Notes under the pieces: model-generated
What the model was told of the DNA's origin: nothing
The model's database searches: none
The model's input: only the letters and a program-made list of their open reading frames with translations
Shown: positions 52,379 through 64,000 of the stretch, piece after piece
How positions within the stretch are numbered: the stretch's first letter is position 1
Layout of the letters: each line of letters begins with the position of its first letter
Assembly (NCBI GenBank): GCA_000934665.2
Contig: KZ537984.1
Span: 62,001-126,000, forward strand
Length of the DNA: 64,000 bases
From: Catajapyx aquilonaris
Taxonomy: Eukaryota
Reading direction: 5' to 3'
Translations under genes and position numbers: made by a program

Positions 52379-54575
52379 ATGGAGGCGAAGGTATAATTGG
52401 GGGCATTGGGATGGGGGAATATGTGGGTTGATCAGAACACAATTGACACGTTGAATTCTAACAGAAATCGGTTGAGGAGTATGACTCGGACATGGAGTGT
52501 TCCGAGGAGGAGGAGGTCGGGTACGACGACTACTACCGGCTGGGGGAGGACACGGACGTGGACACGTCGGACATCTGCCGCATCGACCCCGAGTCCTTCC
52601 AGTCGCAGTGCCTGACTATGGAAGAGGTGGAGAAGATGCTCAACCTGTCCGTGGAGACCCTGAGCGACGCCTGCCAGATCACGCCGTCTCTGGCCAAGCT
52701 CCTGCTGCATGCGCACCACTGGGCCACGCAGGACATCATACAGTGGTACCGACAGGACTGTGCCAAACTGCTGGTCACCTCCAGGATCAAGCCGCAGAAG
52801 GCGCCGCCGCCTCAGCAGGCCTCACCCCAGACGCAGTGGGGTCAGGGTGGTGACCCGGGGAAGGTGACATGTCCTGTGTGTGTGGCCGTGTCCTCCAGGG
52901 AAAGGTTCAGTGGACTCTCCTGCGGACACCTGTTCTGCGTTGACTGTTGGGGGATGCACTTTGAGGTGCAGCTCATGCAAGGGATCTCAACTGGTATGCT
53001 CAAAAGTGTTGCATGGTATTGTACTGTCTGTCCCAGGAAATGTAGAGTAGGTCGTACCCTCAGAAAAGCCGTGTTTGCATCCGAGCGATTGGGGCAAACA
53101 TTTTGCGCTGATAAATCACTTTATGTAAACGTGGCTTAAAGCAGTGATTTGGTGTAACCTAGGTGTCGCTTAGATGCAGTACTTCGTAGCTCCTTCAGTG
53201 ACAGTATCAGTTGTAGGCTGTGTTTACATACGAGCGGTTTGATCAGTGCTGAGCTATGATACCGGGAGCGAAATGCGATACTTTCACCCCAATTGCTCGT
53301 ATGTAAATGTGGTCTTCGTTGCGCCGATGTTAACGTGACCTTCTTTGTGACCTAAGGTATAGGATGTATGGCGCAGCAATGTCAAGTTCTGGCTCCGGAG
53401 GATTTTGTGCTGTCAATTCTGAGCAAGGTTAACTTGAGAGAGAAGTATCAGCAGTTCACGTTCAGAGATTACGTCAAGTCGCATCCGGAGCTCCGGTTCT
53501 GCCCTGGGGCCAATTGCCAGGTCATAGTCAGGGCTAAGGAGGTGAGGGCGAAGCGCTGCATATGTGAAGTCTGCAAGACCTGCTTCTGGTAAGTGAGAAT
53601 AGGCCTGTATTTCGTAAGATTGCTTTTTTAAACCATTGTAAATTTACAGTTTCAGCTGCGGGATGGAGTATCATGCACCAACAGACTGTGAAACTATAAA
53701 GAAGTGGCTGACTAAGTGTGCAGATGATAGCGAGACGGCAAACTACATAAGTGCACACACCAAAGACGTGAGTTGAGAATTTGAAACATCACGCATACAA
53801 ATTCAGTCCATGGTGTAAGTCCGATGCTTTTCCAGTGTCCCAAGTGCCACATCTGCATTGAGAAGAACGGTGGTTGCAACCATATGCAATGCTACAACTG
53901 CAAGCACGATTTCTGCTGGATGTGCCTGGGTGATTGGAAGACCCACGGTTCCGAGTACTATGAATGCTCCCGGTACAAGGAGAATCCGAACATTGCCCAC
54001 GAGTCAGTCCATGCACAAGCGAGAGAAGCGCTCAAAAAGTACCTTCACTATTATGAACGGGTAAGTCTCATTACATGTGAGGTGCTGAGCTGTTTGTAAA
54101 AACCCCCGATTCTTTTTTTCCAGTGGGAAAATCATTCAAAGAGTTTGAAGCTGGAGGAGCAGACGCTCCAGCTGAGCAAGGACAGGATAAACGAGAAGGT
54201 AATGAACGGCTCAGGGACGTGGATTGACTGGCAATACCTCTTACAGGCAGCTGCGCTTCTGGCAAAGTGCAGGTACACCCTGCAGTACACGTATCCATAT
54301 GCTTATTACATGGAGGTCGGCCCTAGAAAGGAATTGGTAAGGTTCTCTCGTTGCCTTGTAAGTTTATTAGTCAATCAAGTGAGTGGACTTGTGAATTAAT
54401 TACCTTCATTTCACGTCAGTTTGAGTACCAACAAGCCCAGCTGGAAGCCGAGATAGAGAACCTCTCATGGAAGATCGAGCATGCGGAAACCACGGATCGG
54501 GGTGACCTGGAGAACCAGATGGACATATCAGAGAAGCGACGCATGACACTACTTAAAGACTTCCTGGAAGCTTGA
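52379..54575 (+). CDS. ARIH2: RBR E3 ubiquitin ligase ariadne-2
   Basis: Exons 52379-52390 (tentative MEAK), 52465-52993, 53357-53588, 53650-53767, 53836-54060, 54124-54336 and 54420-54575. RING1 CPVC..CGHLFC..CW; IBR FCPG..HAPTDC; RING2 [19 protein letters not shown]; ariadne domain. Confidence 0.95.
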
Positions 54576-55059
54576 TGATCGGAACAAGTTTATGTGCAAC
54601 GGATTACGGAACTTCTACCCCACCCAAAAGTTTTACACTGAACTCTTTTTTTGTAGCCATAGGTTCTAGATTTATTTTTTCCATTGCCTTTCCCCGCCCC
54701 CCTCCTCTTTACCGTGTATGTGAAGCCCCCCACTTTCACCATGGCATAAAAGGAAGATCGTCAAAACCTATGTGTTTCATGTTGGCAATACACATGTAGA
54801 ATTTTTTTGTGAATACAATTTTTTGAAGTTCAGAACCTGGTGGTTCGGCGGCCACAGCGTTATTTTTATTATTCTTTTCATCTTAGCACCATTGCCAAGT
54901 TTTCCATACTGAACACAACTGAATGAGTTTTTTGACACAATATAAAATATACAAAGGAAAAAAGTCACACATACTGTATAAATTATCTAATTTTTGTTAG
55001 AAGCTTGAATGCTGCACTAGTGAAACGAGAGTGCAAGTACTGTATTGTATGACACAACT

Positions 55060-55959
55060 TTATGAGTGCTTCTTTCCTTTCCTAATTACATTCCAGCCAT
55101 CATCTGGCTCCTCATGATGGTCAGCTGCATCACTTGCGCCATTTTCAACCATCGTATCGATTGGGACAGCCGCCACAGTGAGCCCTTCCATATGCTTTGA
55201 AACGTCAGCCGTCATATCCTTCGACGTTTCGGCTTCCATCTCCTGTGAACGTAACGCCAATAATCATTTAGGAAAATTAGACATTAAATGGACGCTCACC
55301 GTGTCCTCGACCACAACAGCTTTGCATGAGGCCAAGTTGCATTTCCCTTGTTTGGCCAGCTCTGCCTTCACTTCCTCGTCTTTCTTCGCTTTGCACAGCG
55401 AAAAGTAGCGGCAAAGTTGTCCGCTGACCTCCTCCAAAGAGCCATCTTCGCATCTCGTGTTAAATTCAGTGTCCATTATTGCGGTAAGACAATCCGCAAC
55501 CTCGTATGCCTCCAGATCATCTACATAGGTTGATAGGTAACCAAAGCAATGAGGTCTTGCATTTTAACCCATGTCGGACTGCGGCACTTACCATTTAGAT
55601 AGAAATAGTTCTCCATCTCATCAATCATCCACCTCGCTATATTCATACTGTCTGGTCCACCTGCCTGATGCTCCACGGCCAGCTTTTAGGAGGAAATAAG
55701 CTCATTAAATCCAGGTAATTGCAACAAAACCGCGTAATTAGCACAAAAACACGTGGCCCGAGTCGCCATCGGGCTCGGTTCAATCCCGATTTTATGCTCA
55801 TCCGATACTCGCAATGGCCAAGTACCGCACACCAAACGGACGCTCAGATTATGCAGATTCAGTATCACGCATCATATCTGCAATTACCTGCAAAGCGGTC
55901 CAATTATTCAGCGTAATTTCGACCGCCTGGCGAAAAGTTTGCATCTTGGTGGGCGCCAT
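55060..55959 (-). CDS. TSR2: Pre-rRNA-processing protein TSR2 homolog
   Basis: Exons 55959-55888 (MAPTKMQTFRQAVEITLNNWTALQ), 55682-55592 (LAVEHQAGG), 55520-55300 (MDTEFNTRCEDGSLEEV) and 55242-55060 (DDGWNVIRKGKK). Confidence 0.92.
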
Positions 55960-56351
55960 CTTGGGATCATGCACGCACAGTTGCCAGATTTCCCCCAGAT
56001 TGGAATATCGAATTCCGACCTAAATTATAGTTAAATTAAACGACATAACATTGCTCACAAGTTGACACGTAATATTTAAACGTTTAATATTAAATATTAA
56101 ATTAAAATATTTACGCATAAATGAACCGGGCTGTTCCATGACGTATTTTGTCTGAACTGAACGCGCCCAACTGTTTCACACACAAAAAAAAGAAGTTAAA
56201 AGCGCAACCCGGTCTGAAGCACATGACGTGACATTTTGGAATCAGCAATTGTTCTGAACCTTCTGAACTCTGTAAGTACTTTAATTTTTTTAATTATCTA
56301 CTATCTAATCGCACTGTTAATCGCCCATGTCATTTCAGGCGTCAGGTGTAG

Positions 56352-59300
56352 ATGCGTCTGCTGACTGTCCTGAAGAGTAGTGTCAATAAGTTTGTAGTTG
56401 GAGTCAGACGACCTTTGACCTTGAGGTCATATTCATTGGCGGCCAGACTTCAGGGAGAAGACGGGATGAGACTGGAAGGAATCAAGGTCTGCTGGGATGC
56501 GGCCAAGTGGAGCCCGAAGGACATACATGAGCAGGCGGACAGACTCATCGAGAGTACGAGGGAAGCTTACGACAAGGTGGCCAGTGTGCCGGAAGATCAG
56601 GTCAACTTTGAGACTGTCATCAGGGTAAGGAGAGGTCATAATGGGTCATAACGAGGTGTAGAAGGTTGTACCAGGTCATACCTGGTCGTAATGGGTAGTA
56701 GAAGATCTCAGAAGGCCATACTGGGTCATGAGGCTGTCAAGGGGTTGTAAAATGTCATAACAGGTCATATTGGGTCATGAATACTGGGACATGAGGGTGT
56801 CAAAAGTCATAACGGTCTGTAGAAGGTTGTAGCAGGCCATAATAAGTTGTAGAAGAGCTAAGAAGGCCACACCGAGTCATATCAGGTCATGAACAAGGTC
56901 ATGAAGGGTCAAAATGGGTTGTAGAAGATCTAGGACGGCCATACTTGGTCATACTGGGTCATGAGGGGGTCAAGGGGTTGTAGAAAGTTGTAAAATGTCA
57001 TAACAGGTCATATCAGGTTATGAATACTTGGTCATGAGGGTGTCATAACAGGTTGTAAAAGATCACAACAGGTCATAAGGGATCAAAATGGTTGTAGAAG
57101 AGCTAAGAAGGTCATACTGGGTCATGAGGGTGTCCTAATGGGGTTGTCCTAATGGGGTTGAGAAGGTCATAATGGGTTGTAGAAAAGCCAAGAAGGCAAC
57201 ACTTGGGCATATAAGGTCATGAGCGAGGTCATGAGGGTGTCATAATGGGTTGTAGAAGGTCGTAACAGATCATACTGGGTCATAAGGTGTCAACGAGTCA
57301 TACGCTTCTACAAAACATATTGTTGCAGGCGTTGCAGGACATCCATTGTGAGATGTACACGTTAGGCTCGCCGCTTAACATTCCGCAGCATGTGAGCACT
57401 GATAAAGCGGTGAGAGACGCCAGCAGCGAGGCCGAGAGGAAGATGGAAGATTTTGAGGTGGAGATGAGCATGCGGGTCGATATTTTCAAGAAGGTGGTTG
57501 CGTTCCAAGAGAAGTGCGGGACTGACGGGTTGAAGCCTGAGGCCAAACGGGTGGTGGAGCGGCTTGTGAAGCTTGGAATGCGCAATGGGTTGCATCTTGC
57601 GGAGGAGACACGCCAGAAGGTGAAGGATATTAAGAAGAAGCTGTCCGATCTTAGTATCACCTTTCAGCGGAATCTGAACGAGGTGGATACGGAGCTTCTG
57701 TTCAGTGATGACCAATTGGCTGGTCTGCCCCAGGAGTTTATAGATGCACTTGACAAGGCGGAGGATGGAAAGAGGCGGGTCACGCTCAAGTACCCGCACT
57801 TCTTTCCGGTTACACGCAAGTGTAAGGTCGCCTCCACCAGGAAGGCGCTGGAAACGGCGTATCAGTCAAGGTGCATTAAGGAGAACACGGCAATCCTGGA
57901 GGAACTGATCCAGCTTCGGCAGAAGCAGGCCGATCTTTTAGGTAAGTCATTAACAGTGTCGAACTGTTCAACCATACATTCATGTTTCTTGTTGAAGGTT
58001 ATCCGAACCACGCAGCATACATCCAAGAGATGCGGATGGCCAAGAACCCAGCGACAGTGGACAAGTTTCTGCAAGAGCTGGCGACGAAACTGAAGCCCCT
58101 GTGGGAGAAGGAGCGGAAGGTGATGATGGCTTTTAAGAAGGAGGAAGCCTTGGAATCCAGCGAGGACCTTGGGGACGACCTATGCTTCTGGGATCTCCGC
58201 TACTACATGTGCATGGTGGAGGAGAAGCTGTACGCTGTTGACAAGAACAAGATGAGGGAGTACTTTCCTCTGGAGACAGTCACCAAGGGACTGCTTGAGA
58301 TATACCAGGAGTTGCTGGGGCTCAAGTTTACGGAGCAGAAGGAAGGGGACAAGTGGCATGAGGATGTCAGGATTGTGAGTTTGACATCACAGAATATTGC
58401 GGCTCTGACTTCTCACATGCCGCCTCTAATTTCTTGCAGTTCAAAGTGGAAGACGCATCGTCTGGTGCTTTTCTGGGCTATTTTTTCCTGGACTTGCACC
58501 CACGAGATGGCAAGTATGGGCATGCTTGTGTGTTTAAGCTCCAGCCTGGATGCCTCTCGCCTGATGGAAAAGGAAAGCAGGTCCCGGTCGCAGGCATGGT
58601 GACCAACTTCACCCGCCCCACTGCCAGCCGTCCAGCACTGTTGGACCATGATGAAGTGGAGACGTACTTCCATGAGTTTGGGCATGTTATGCACAACATG
58701 TGCAGTGAGGCGGACTATGCCATGTTCTCCGGAACCCGAGTCGAGAGGGACTTTGTGGAGGCTCCATCGCAAATGCTGGAGAACTGGGTGTGGGAGGAGG
58801 AGCCGCTCAGAAGGATGTCCGGACACTTCAAGGTCTGTGAAGCACGTTATCCGCATAACACACCTTTTAACACATTTCTCCACAGGATGGCTCCCCAATC
58901 CCAGCCGAGACTCTCCAGAAGTTGATCCAATCCAAGAAGGCAAACGCAGGGGCATTCAACTTGCGCCAGGTGCTTTTGGCCACCTTTGACCAGATGATCC
59001 ACCGCAGCGGAGGTCCTATTGACACCCAGAAGGCTTTCTCTGACCTCTACCGTGACCTGGTTGGAGTGGAGACCATCCCAGACACCAACATGCCTGCCAA
59101 CTTCGGTCATCTTGCTGGAGGTTACGATGCACAGTACTACGGATACCTGGTGAGATCTCAGCTTGATTAACATCTGGCACATATTACTAAAAATTATATT
59201 CTGTTGCTTTTTTAGTGGAGCGAGGTGTTCAGCATGGATATGTTTGCGGCCCGCTTCAAGAGCGAAGGAATAATGAATCCAAAGGTGGGCATGGATTACC

Positions 59301-59434
59301 GCAAGTGCATTTTAGCTCCTGGCGGAAGTGTCGATGCAGTGGACATGTTGAAGTCATTCCTCGGAAGGGAGCCGAATCAGGAAGCATTCTTGAGGAGCAA
59401 AGGTTTGGCCGCAGAAGACGGAGACGCCCAGTGA
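56352..59434 (+). CDS. Thimet oligopeptidase / neurolysin (peptidase M3A)
   Basis: Exons 56352-56624, 57329-57941, 57998-58374, 58440-58832, 58886-59149 and 59216-59434. Zn site [42 protein letters not shown]. Probably co-orthologous to vertebrate THOP1 and NLN. Confidence 0.95.
56630..57302 (+). repeat. Degenerate tandem repeat filling the first coding intron of the M3 peptidase gene
   Basis: Shuffled recurring units GGTCATA, GGGTTGTAGAAG and ACTGGGTCATGAGGGTGTCA over about 670 bp. Confidence 0.85.
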
Positions 59435-61298
59435 GGTTTAAACCACAAAACATGTTTGCGTTTTTTTTCACTCTTGGAATAAATTTTTTAAAGCCCATTG
59501 TGCACACACTTGCTGATTATTGCGGATTGAAAGTTTGCAGATTGAAGGTTGATTATCTCGTAAAAATCACAACGCCATATTTATAAAAAAGGAGTATATT
59601 TTATACAAAGTCACACTCGCACAAAAAAATGTCTCCACTGCACAGCCCCTATTGGTTACAGCAAACACTACCGCATCATTCGTAATGTTAAAATGGTGGG
59701 TACCATTTATTTACAATATGTCAAAATGGCATCTGATCGCTTCATAAATCACCCTTTTATGCGGTTAATATTCACTACTATCCAAATGTGTTTAAAACTC
59801 CCTGATGTTTTCTGTGTTTGGGCAGCATTACACCTCGTTCGTGACATTGAACGAAGCGCTTTTTAAAAATTACATCACTCATTACATAAGTCCGTAAAGA
59901 GAAAACTGGAATTCCAAAAAATTGCTATGGAAAATATTCTGCTGCTTGATGCGTGTACAAAATCACACGTTGCCAAAAAATGACCTCAAATTTTGTCCGG
60001 TACGAAGAAAAAAAAAAAGTGCATGCCAGTTCAGCAGAACATTTCATTCACTACTAGTGAATATAGCAGAAAATGAAGTACATACAAATTACACATGGCT
60101 ACTGTACAGTTATATATAACAATTAAAAAATGCGCCCTCTTTCAGAAAAAAACGCTTCATCCACAACACTACAAATCCTGATTATCAATTTACTTTTTTT
60201 TTCACTGGGTTGATACATAATTATTATTTTTTCAATAACAGGTTTATAAATGCAGTCCTCTTCACAATATTTCAAGTTTTTTTCAAAAAAAAAATCTGCA
60301 CCACATTCCCCTCCCAAAAAACATGTTATTAAAAAACACCCAAAAAATTCTCACATGAAACATTGATTATACCCCCCCTCCCCCTGATGAACATGCAAAT
60401 TAAAAATCGATAAAATGTGTTGCGCCTTTTTTCCAAAAAAAAAATGGCCACATGCATTAATTTCTTTTCCAGTTCCCAACATTTTTTAAATATAAGGTGA
60501 ACCACGTCTCGATTTACTTTCTCTGTAACAGTTTTGGAAGCACAGCCACGTTTGGATGAGACTCCGCATTTAAAAAATTCGGGGGAGGCGGCAAAATAAA
60601 CACAAGCTAAACTTGATTTCAAGTTACGGCACCTGCTACTCTTCCGAGTTTTCAAATCATGATGATAAAGGCAGTGCATTGCGTTATGTTTATTTTACTC
60701 AAGTCTACTATAGTTTTAAAAATTATTTACCCCTGCTGAGGTCCAAAAAGGCGACTAGAACCGTATCTCGCAACAATAGCTGCCTGGCTCAAACTTTACG
60801 CATCATTGTTGGAAACTTTTTCTCCTGTCCTCGGGAGAAAAACATGAGCAAAAAAAAAAGCCCCAAGAGTCGCGCTTTTCCCCTCTTTGAAAAAATAAAA
60901 ATGGTTAACAGTTGGCAGTGCAAAACAGTAGTGTTATGTTTATGGTTCTGTCCTATTAGCACTATATTTTCGGAAGTTACTGAACAAATAAATATGACAA
61001 ATCCTCTTTCTTTTTTTTTTTCCATTCGAAAAATACACAGATCTCAAATCCAATTATCTCATCACCTGATTTCAGTGAAGAACCATTTGTACACTTCAAA
61101 AAACCATGCCATACAAAAAATTCGCATCCCATGATCCTTACAAATTCCATTCATTAATAATCACATAAAAAAAATCACCATAAAAGAAAAATAATCAAGA
61201 TGCAACAACGATATCGGGCTCTCTCTCTCTCTTTTTTCCCTAGTTAAGATTCCCAAAATACGGATTGATTCCCCCGAAACTCTTCCAAGCCCATTTGA

Positions 61299-62701
61299 TT
61301 AGGAGCTCCGTGAATCATTTCCGATGTCCCCATTCCTCGTGTCTGAACTGGACTCTGATTGGTTTCCGTTTTCGGAGGACACGCTGCTGGCCTGTCCTGA
61401 CTGGCTGTCCGAGGAGGTCTTCTTGACCTTAGGCTTGTACTCCGTTATTATTACCGTTACATTATTCACGGTGACCTCACGATGCTGAGCAGTGCTGCGA
61501 TCCACATTTTTCAGGCGAGGACTGGCGGAAGATAAGAGAAAATCATATTATGAAATTGTGATAAAATAATAACATTTATTATACGGAACACGAGAGAACG
61601 ATCTGACGTCATCGTTCCTTACATTGTTGGTTTTTTGTTGACACTGTTTACTCATATTGTTCTGTGAGTGTATTTACATGGAAATCTTGACGATGTCAGA
61701 TCGTTCTCTCATTATCTGTACATTACATATAAAGCCTTTTGGGTGGAATTATCATCCCACTGCTATAGTTACTGCTAATTAGTAGTAACCATCCCCAACA
61801 TTTCGGTACTGCTAAGTTAACAGTAACTATAGCAGTGGGACGAAAATTCCTCCCTTTGTTGCTTCTGTACTAGAGTGGGATATGGGTAACGTAGCCTATG
61901 TAAGGCCCTCTACCTTTGTCATCACCATGCTCCCTCTTATTTATTGCTTTTGTACTATAAAAAGGTTTATCAAATTAACATTAGCAACAAAATGCAAGCT
62001 AACCAAGATTTGACCCAATGACCCACAAAATCAGGTATGTCGCAAAGATGAGGACACCTCAAGGGGTTAGTCACTTATGAAGTCCTTTGTACTGTACACA
62101 GAGACTGACGTCCAGTCGCAGTTGGGCTGACGTCTGGACAAAGTTCGTGAAGTGCGACTGAAGTCTAATCGAACACAGTCTTGTCGTATGCTATCAAGTG
62201 ACTAACCCCTCAGGACACCTTCTTTTAAGAAACCAGATGGTTCCACCATGTATGACACCAACAGTAACTTACGGATGCTTGCTCTTCTTAGCCACCTTGT
62301 CTGTGGGCATGCTCTTCTTTTCCGTCTTCTCTTTTCCCTCCTTTGTTGTTTCCTTCTTGACCTTTGGTGGCGTGCTGTTGAACTGCTGGGCCACCTGTTG
62401 GGCCACAAGCTGTGGGTTTATCCGCGGCTTCCTGTAAAAAAATGATTACAGTTTAGATTGCCATTAGTTTTATCTAAACGTATACGTTTACCTTGTGGAC
62501 GTTCCCTTCCGTACGTCGCACATGAGGCACTTGAAGGCCTCGGCCGTGTTGCGATAAGTGCACACGCTGCAATCCCAGTAGTCCTCCAGCACCTTAGCCT
62601 GCCTCTTATTCCGCCTGAAACGCAACATACTTTAAGCATCTGCCAGCCCTTCCTTTTATCACAACTTCATACCTGTTGGCAGCGTTCTTCTTGTGGTCCA
62701 T
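61299..62701 (-). CDS. RYBP: RING1 and YY1-binding protein / YAF2 (non-canonical PRC1 subunit)
   Basis: Exons 62701-62673, 62614-62492 (RanBP2-type finger [29 protein letters not shown]), 62431-62273 ([17 protein letters not shown]) and 61521-61299 ([31 protein letters not shown]). Confidence 0.95.
61582..61854. repeat. Two adjacent palindromic MITE-like elements in the last RYBP intron
   Basis: 61592-61710 has the 16-bp IR GAGAGAACGATCTGAC/GTCAGATCGTTCTCTC. 61741-61854 has the IR TCCCACTGCTATAGTTACTG/CAGTAACTATAGCAGTGGGA. Confidence 0.75.
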
Positions 62702-62944
62702 GTCCGGTCCTCAGGTCTTACTTAGACCCAGGGGCGGATACTGGGGGGCAGAGGTTCTTGTTTGGAGGCTCGACTCTAGTGGGGGTGGGAGAGGGATGGG
62801 GCTCACCGTGATAAGAACGGAAACTGCAGGCACACACACCAGAGGGGCAATCGGCCCAGGGGTGTGAACCGGTCTGAACAACAAGGGGCGGCCCACGGGC
62901 GAGTTTTAAAGCCGGGGGCGAACTCGAAATTAAACTTAAAGATT

Positions 62945-63101
62945 TGGAGCCGCCATCTTGGTATGGGATGGAACGAGTTTTGCAAGTTCAACCGCTTTGG
63001 ACACACACGCGCATGCGCTATAGCCACTGCGCATGCGTTGGTTAATATTCGAAAAATCATGTTGGGAAAAAAAAAATCCGCAGACATCCAAGATGGCGGC
63101 C
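62945..63101. promoter_or_regulatory. Bidirectional promoter RYBP / ZC3HC1
   Basis: Outward-facing YY1 motifs GCCGCCATCTT (62949-62959) and AAGATGGCGGC (63090-63100) flank two NRF1-type sites, GCGCATGCGC (63009-63018) and TGCGCATGCG (63028-63037). The ATGs are 392 bp apart. Confidence 0.7.
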
Positions 63102-64000
63102 GATACGGGAGGGAGTCGGGAAGAATGTTCGATTGAATCCAGCCAGCGCTTCGATCCTTTCCTGTTGGACGCCCGGGACTTCATGAAGGAGAAGGAGCAG
63201 ACGGCCAGGTAGATAGCCCAGGGTGGGAAAAGGACATGCAGCAACAGAAGGCCGAAAGTAAAGCGCATGGTTCAGGCAGCATGTGATAATCAAAATAATT
63301 AATTATTAGAACGTACAACCATAATTTGCATGAATTCACACAGTGCAAGTACCACAATATTGTGTCTTTTCAGATCTGAACTTGTAAGACCACGTTGTAT
63401 CTTCAAGTTGAGCAAACGATGCGCGCCGACTGCTAAACCTTGGAGTCATCATGATTTTGTGGGGCGCTTGAAGACGTTCAGTCCGATTAACTGGCCTTAT
63501 AAGCGTGTATCGCCGATTGAGTGTGCGATGAGAGGATGGGTTATCTACGGGATGAACCGGATTACTTGCATTACCTGTAAGGGTCGCATCTACGGAGGGA
63601 TTATGGACACCAAGTACACAGACCTTTGTAAGAAGCTGCTGCAATGTTATGTTTAAAAATGGTTTTCAATTTTTACTTACTGGCTGTTCAATTTCAGATG
63701 AACAGTGGGTCCAGAAACTGCGATCTAATCTCCAAGAGCGGCATGAACTTTGCTGTCCATGGCGAGTGAACCCAACGAGGCTTGAGTTTGAGTATATCTT
63801 TGACCCAGGGAAGGTCCCGCAGTTAGGATTCATTAGAAGGCTCAAGAAGTTTTCACAAGTCAATATGCTTCCAGAGTTGTCAGAAGAATTCTTGGAGTCC
63901 ATCTCTGAAGATACGGAAACAATCAACTCAATTTCTTCCAGACTTGAGAGTGTTCCTGAAGAAAGGGTGGCTCTCATTCTTGCGTTATGTGGGTGGGAGG
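63093..64000 (+). CDS. ZC3HC1: C3HC zinc-finger protein NIPA/Rsm1/Pml39 family, 5' part (truncated by window end)
   Basis: Exons 63093-63208, 63374-63627 (PWSHHDFVGRLKTF..W..SPIECAMRGW..CITC) and 63698 to the edge (HELCCPW..LALCGW). Phases consistent. Confidence 0.85.

Noticed and set aside
56630..57302. CRISPR-like array or repetitive coding exon
   Set aside because: No constant repeat with unique spacers, eukaryotic context, and bounded by GT-AG sites that keep the peptidase in frame.
57298..59182. Long antisense ORFs over the peptidase (likewise over ari-2, BBOX and Su(var)3-9 exons)
   Set aside because: Shadow ORFs caused by codon bias on the coding strand.

Overview
Eukaryotic, intron-rich animal genomic DNA, most likely an arthropod outside the winged-insect/silverfish lineage (inference from the unfused Su(var)3-9 and a TTAGG run in a MITE). 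Positions 1-15 kb hold no recognisable coding exon and are probably intronic or regulatory DNA of a minus-strand gene starting near 15.1 kb. Positions 15.5-64 kb are a compact gene block whose exons I reconstructed by hand from GT-AG sites and phase: TAMM41 (+) with a complete SWI5 ORF nested on the same strand in its first intron; two tandem gamma-butyrobetaine dioxygenase (BBOX-like) paralogs (-); an 11-finger C2H2 gene (-); a stand-alone multi-exon Su(var)3-9/SUV39H (+); ariadne-2 (+); TSR2 (-); a thimet oligopeptidase/neurolysin M3 peptidase (+); RYBP/YAF2 (-); and the 5' part of ZC3HC1/NIPA (+). Introns carry tRNA-derived SINEs with clean TSDs, a non-autonomous Helitron, mariner relics, MER2/Tigger-like relics and several MITEs. 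The two strongest leads are (1) the TAMM41/SWI5 shared-first-exon locus and (2) a BBOX paralog in which two trimethylammonium aromatic-cage residues are both Asp while the Fe/2OG and Zn ligands are intact, suggesting a hydroxylase for a different substrate. All family assignments come from motif recognition; no searches were run.
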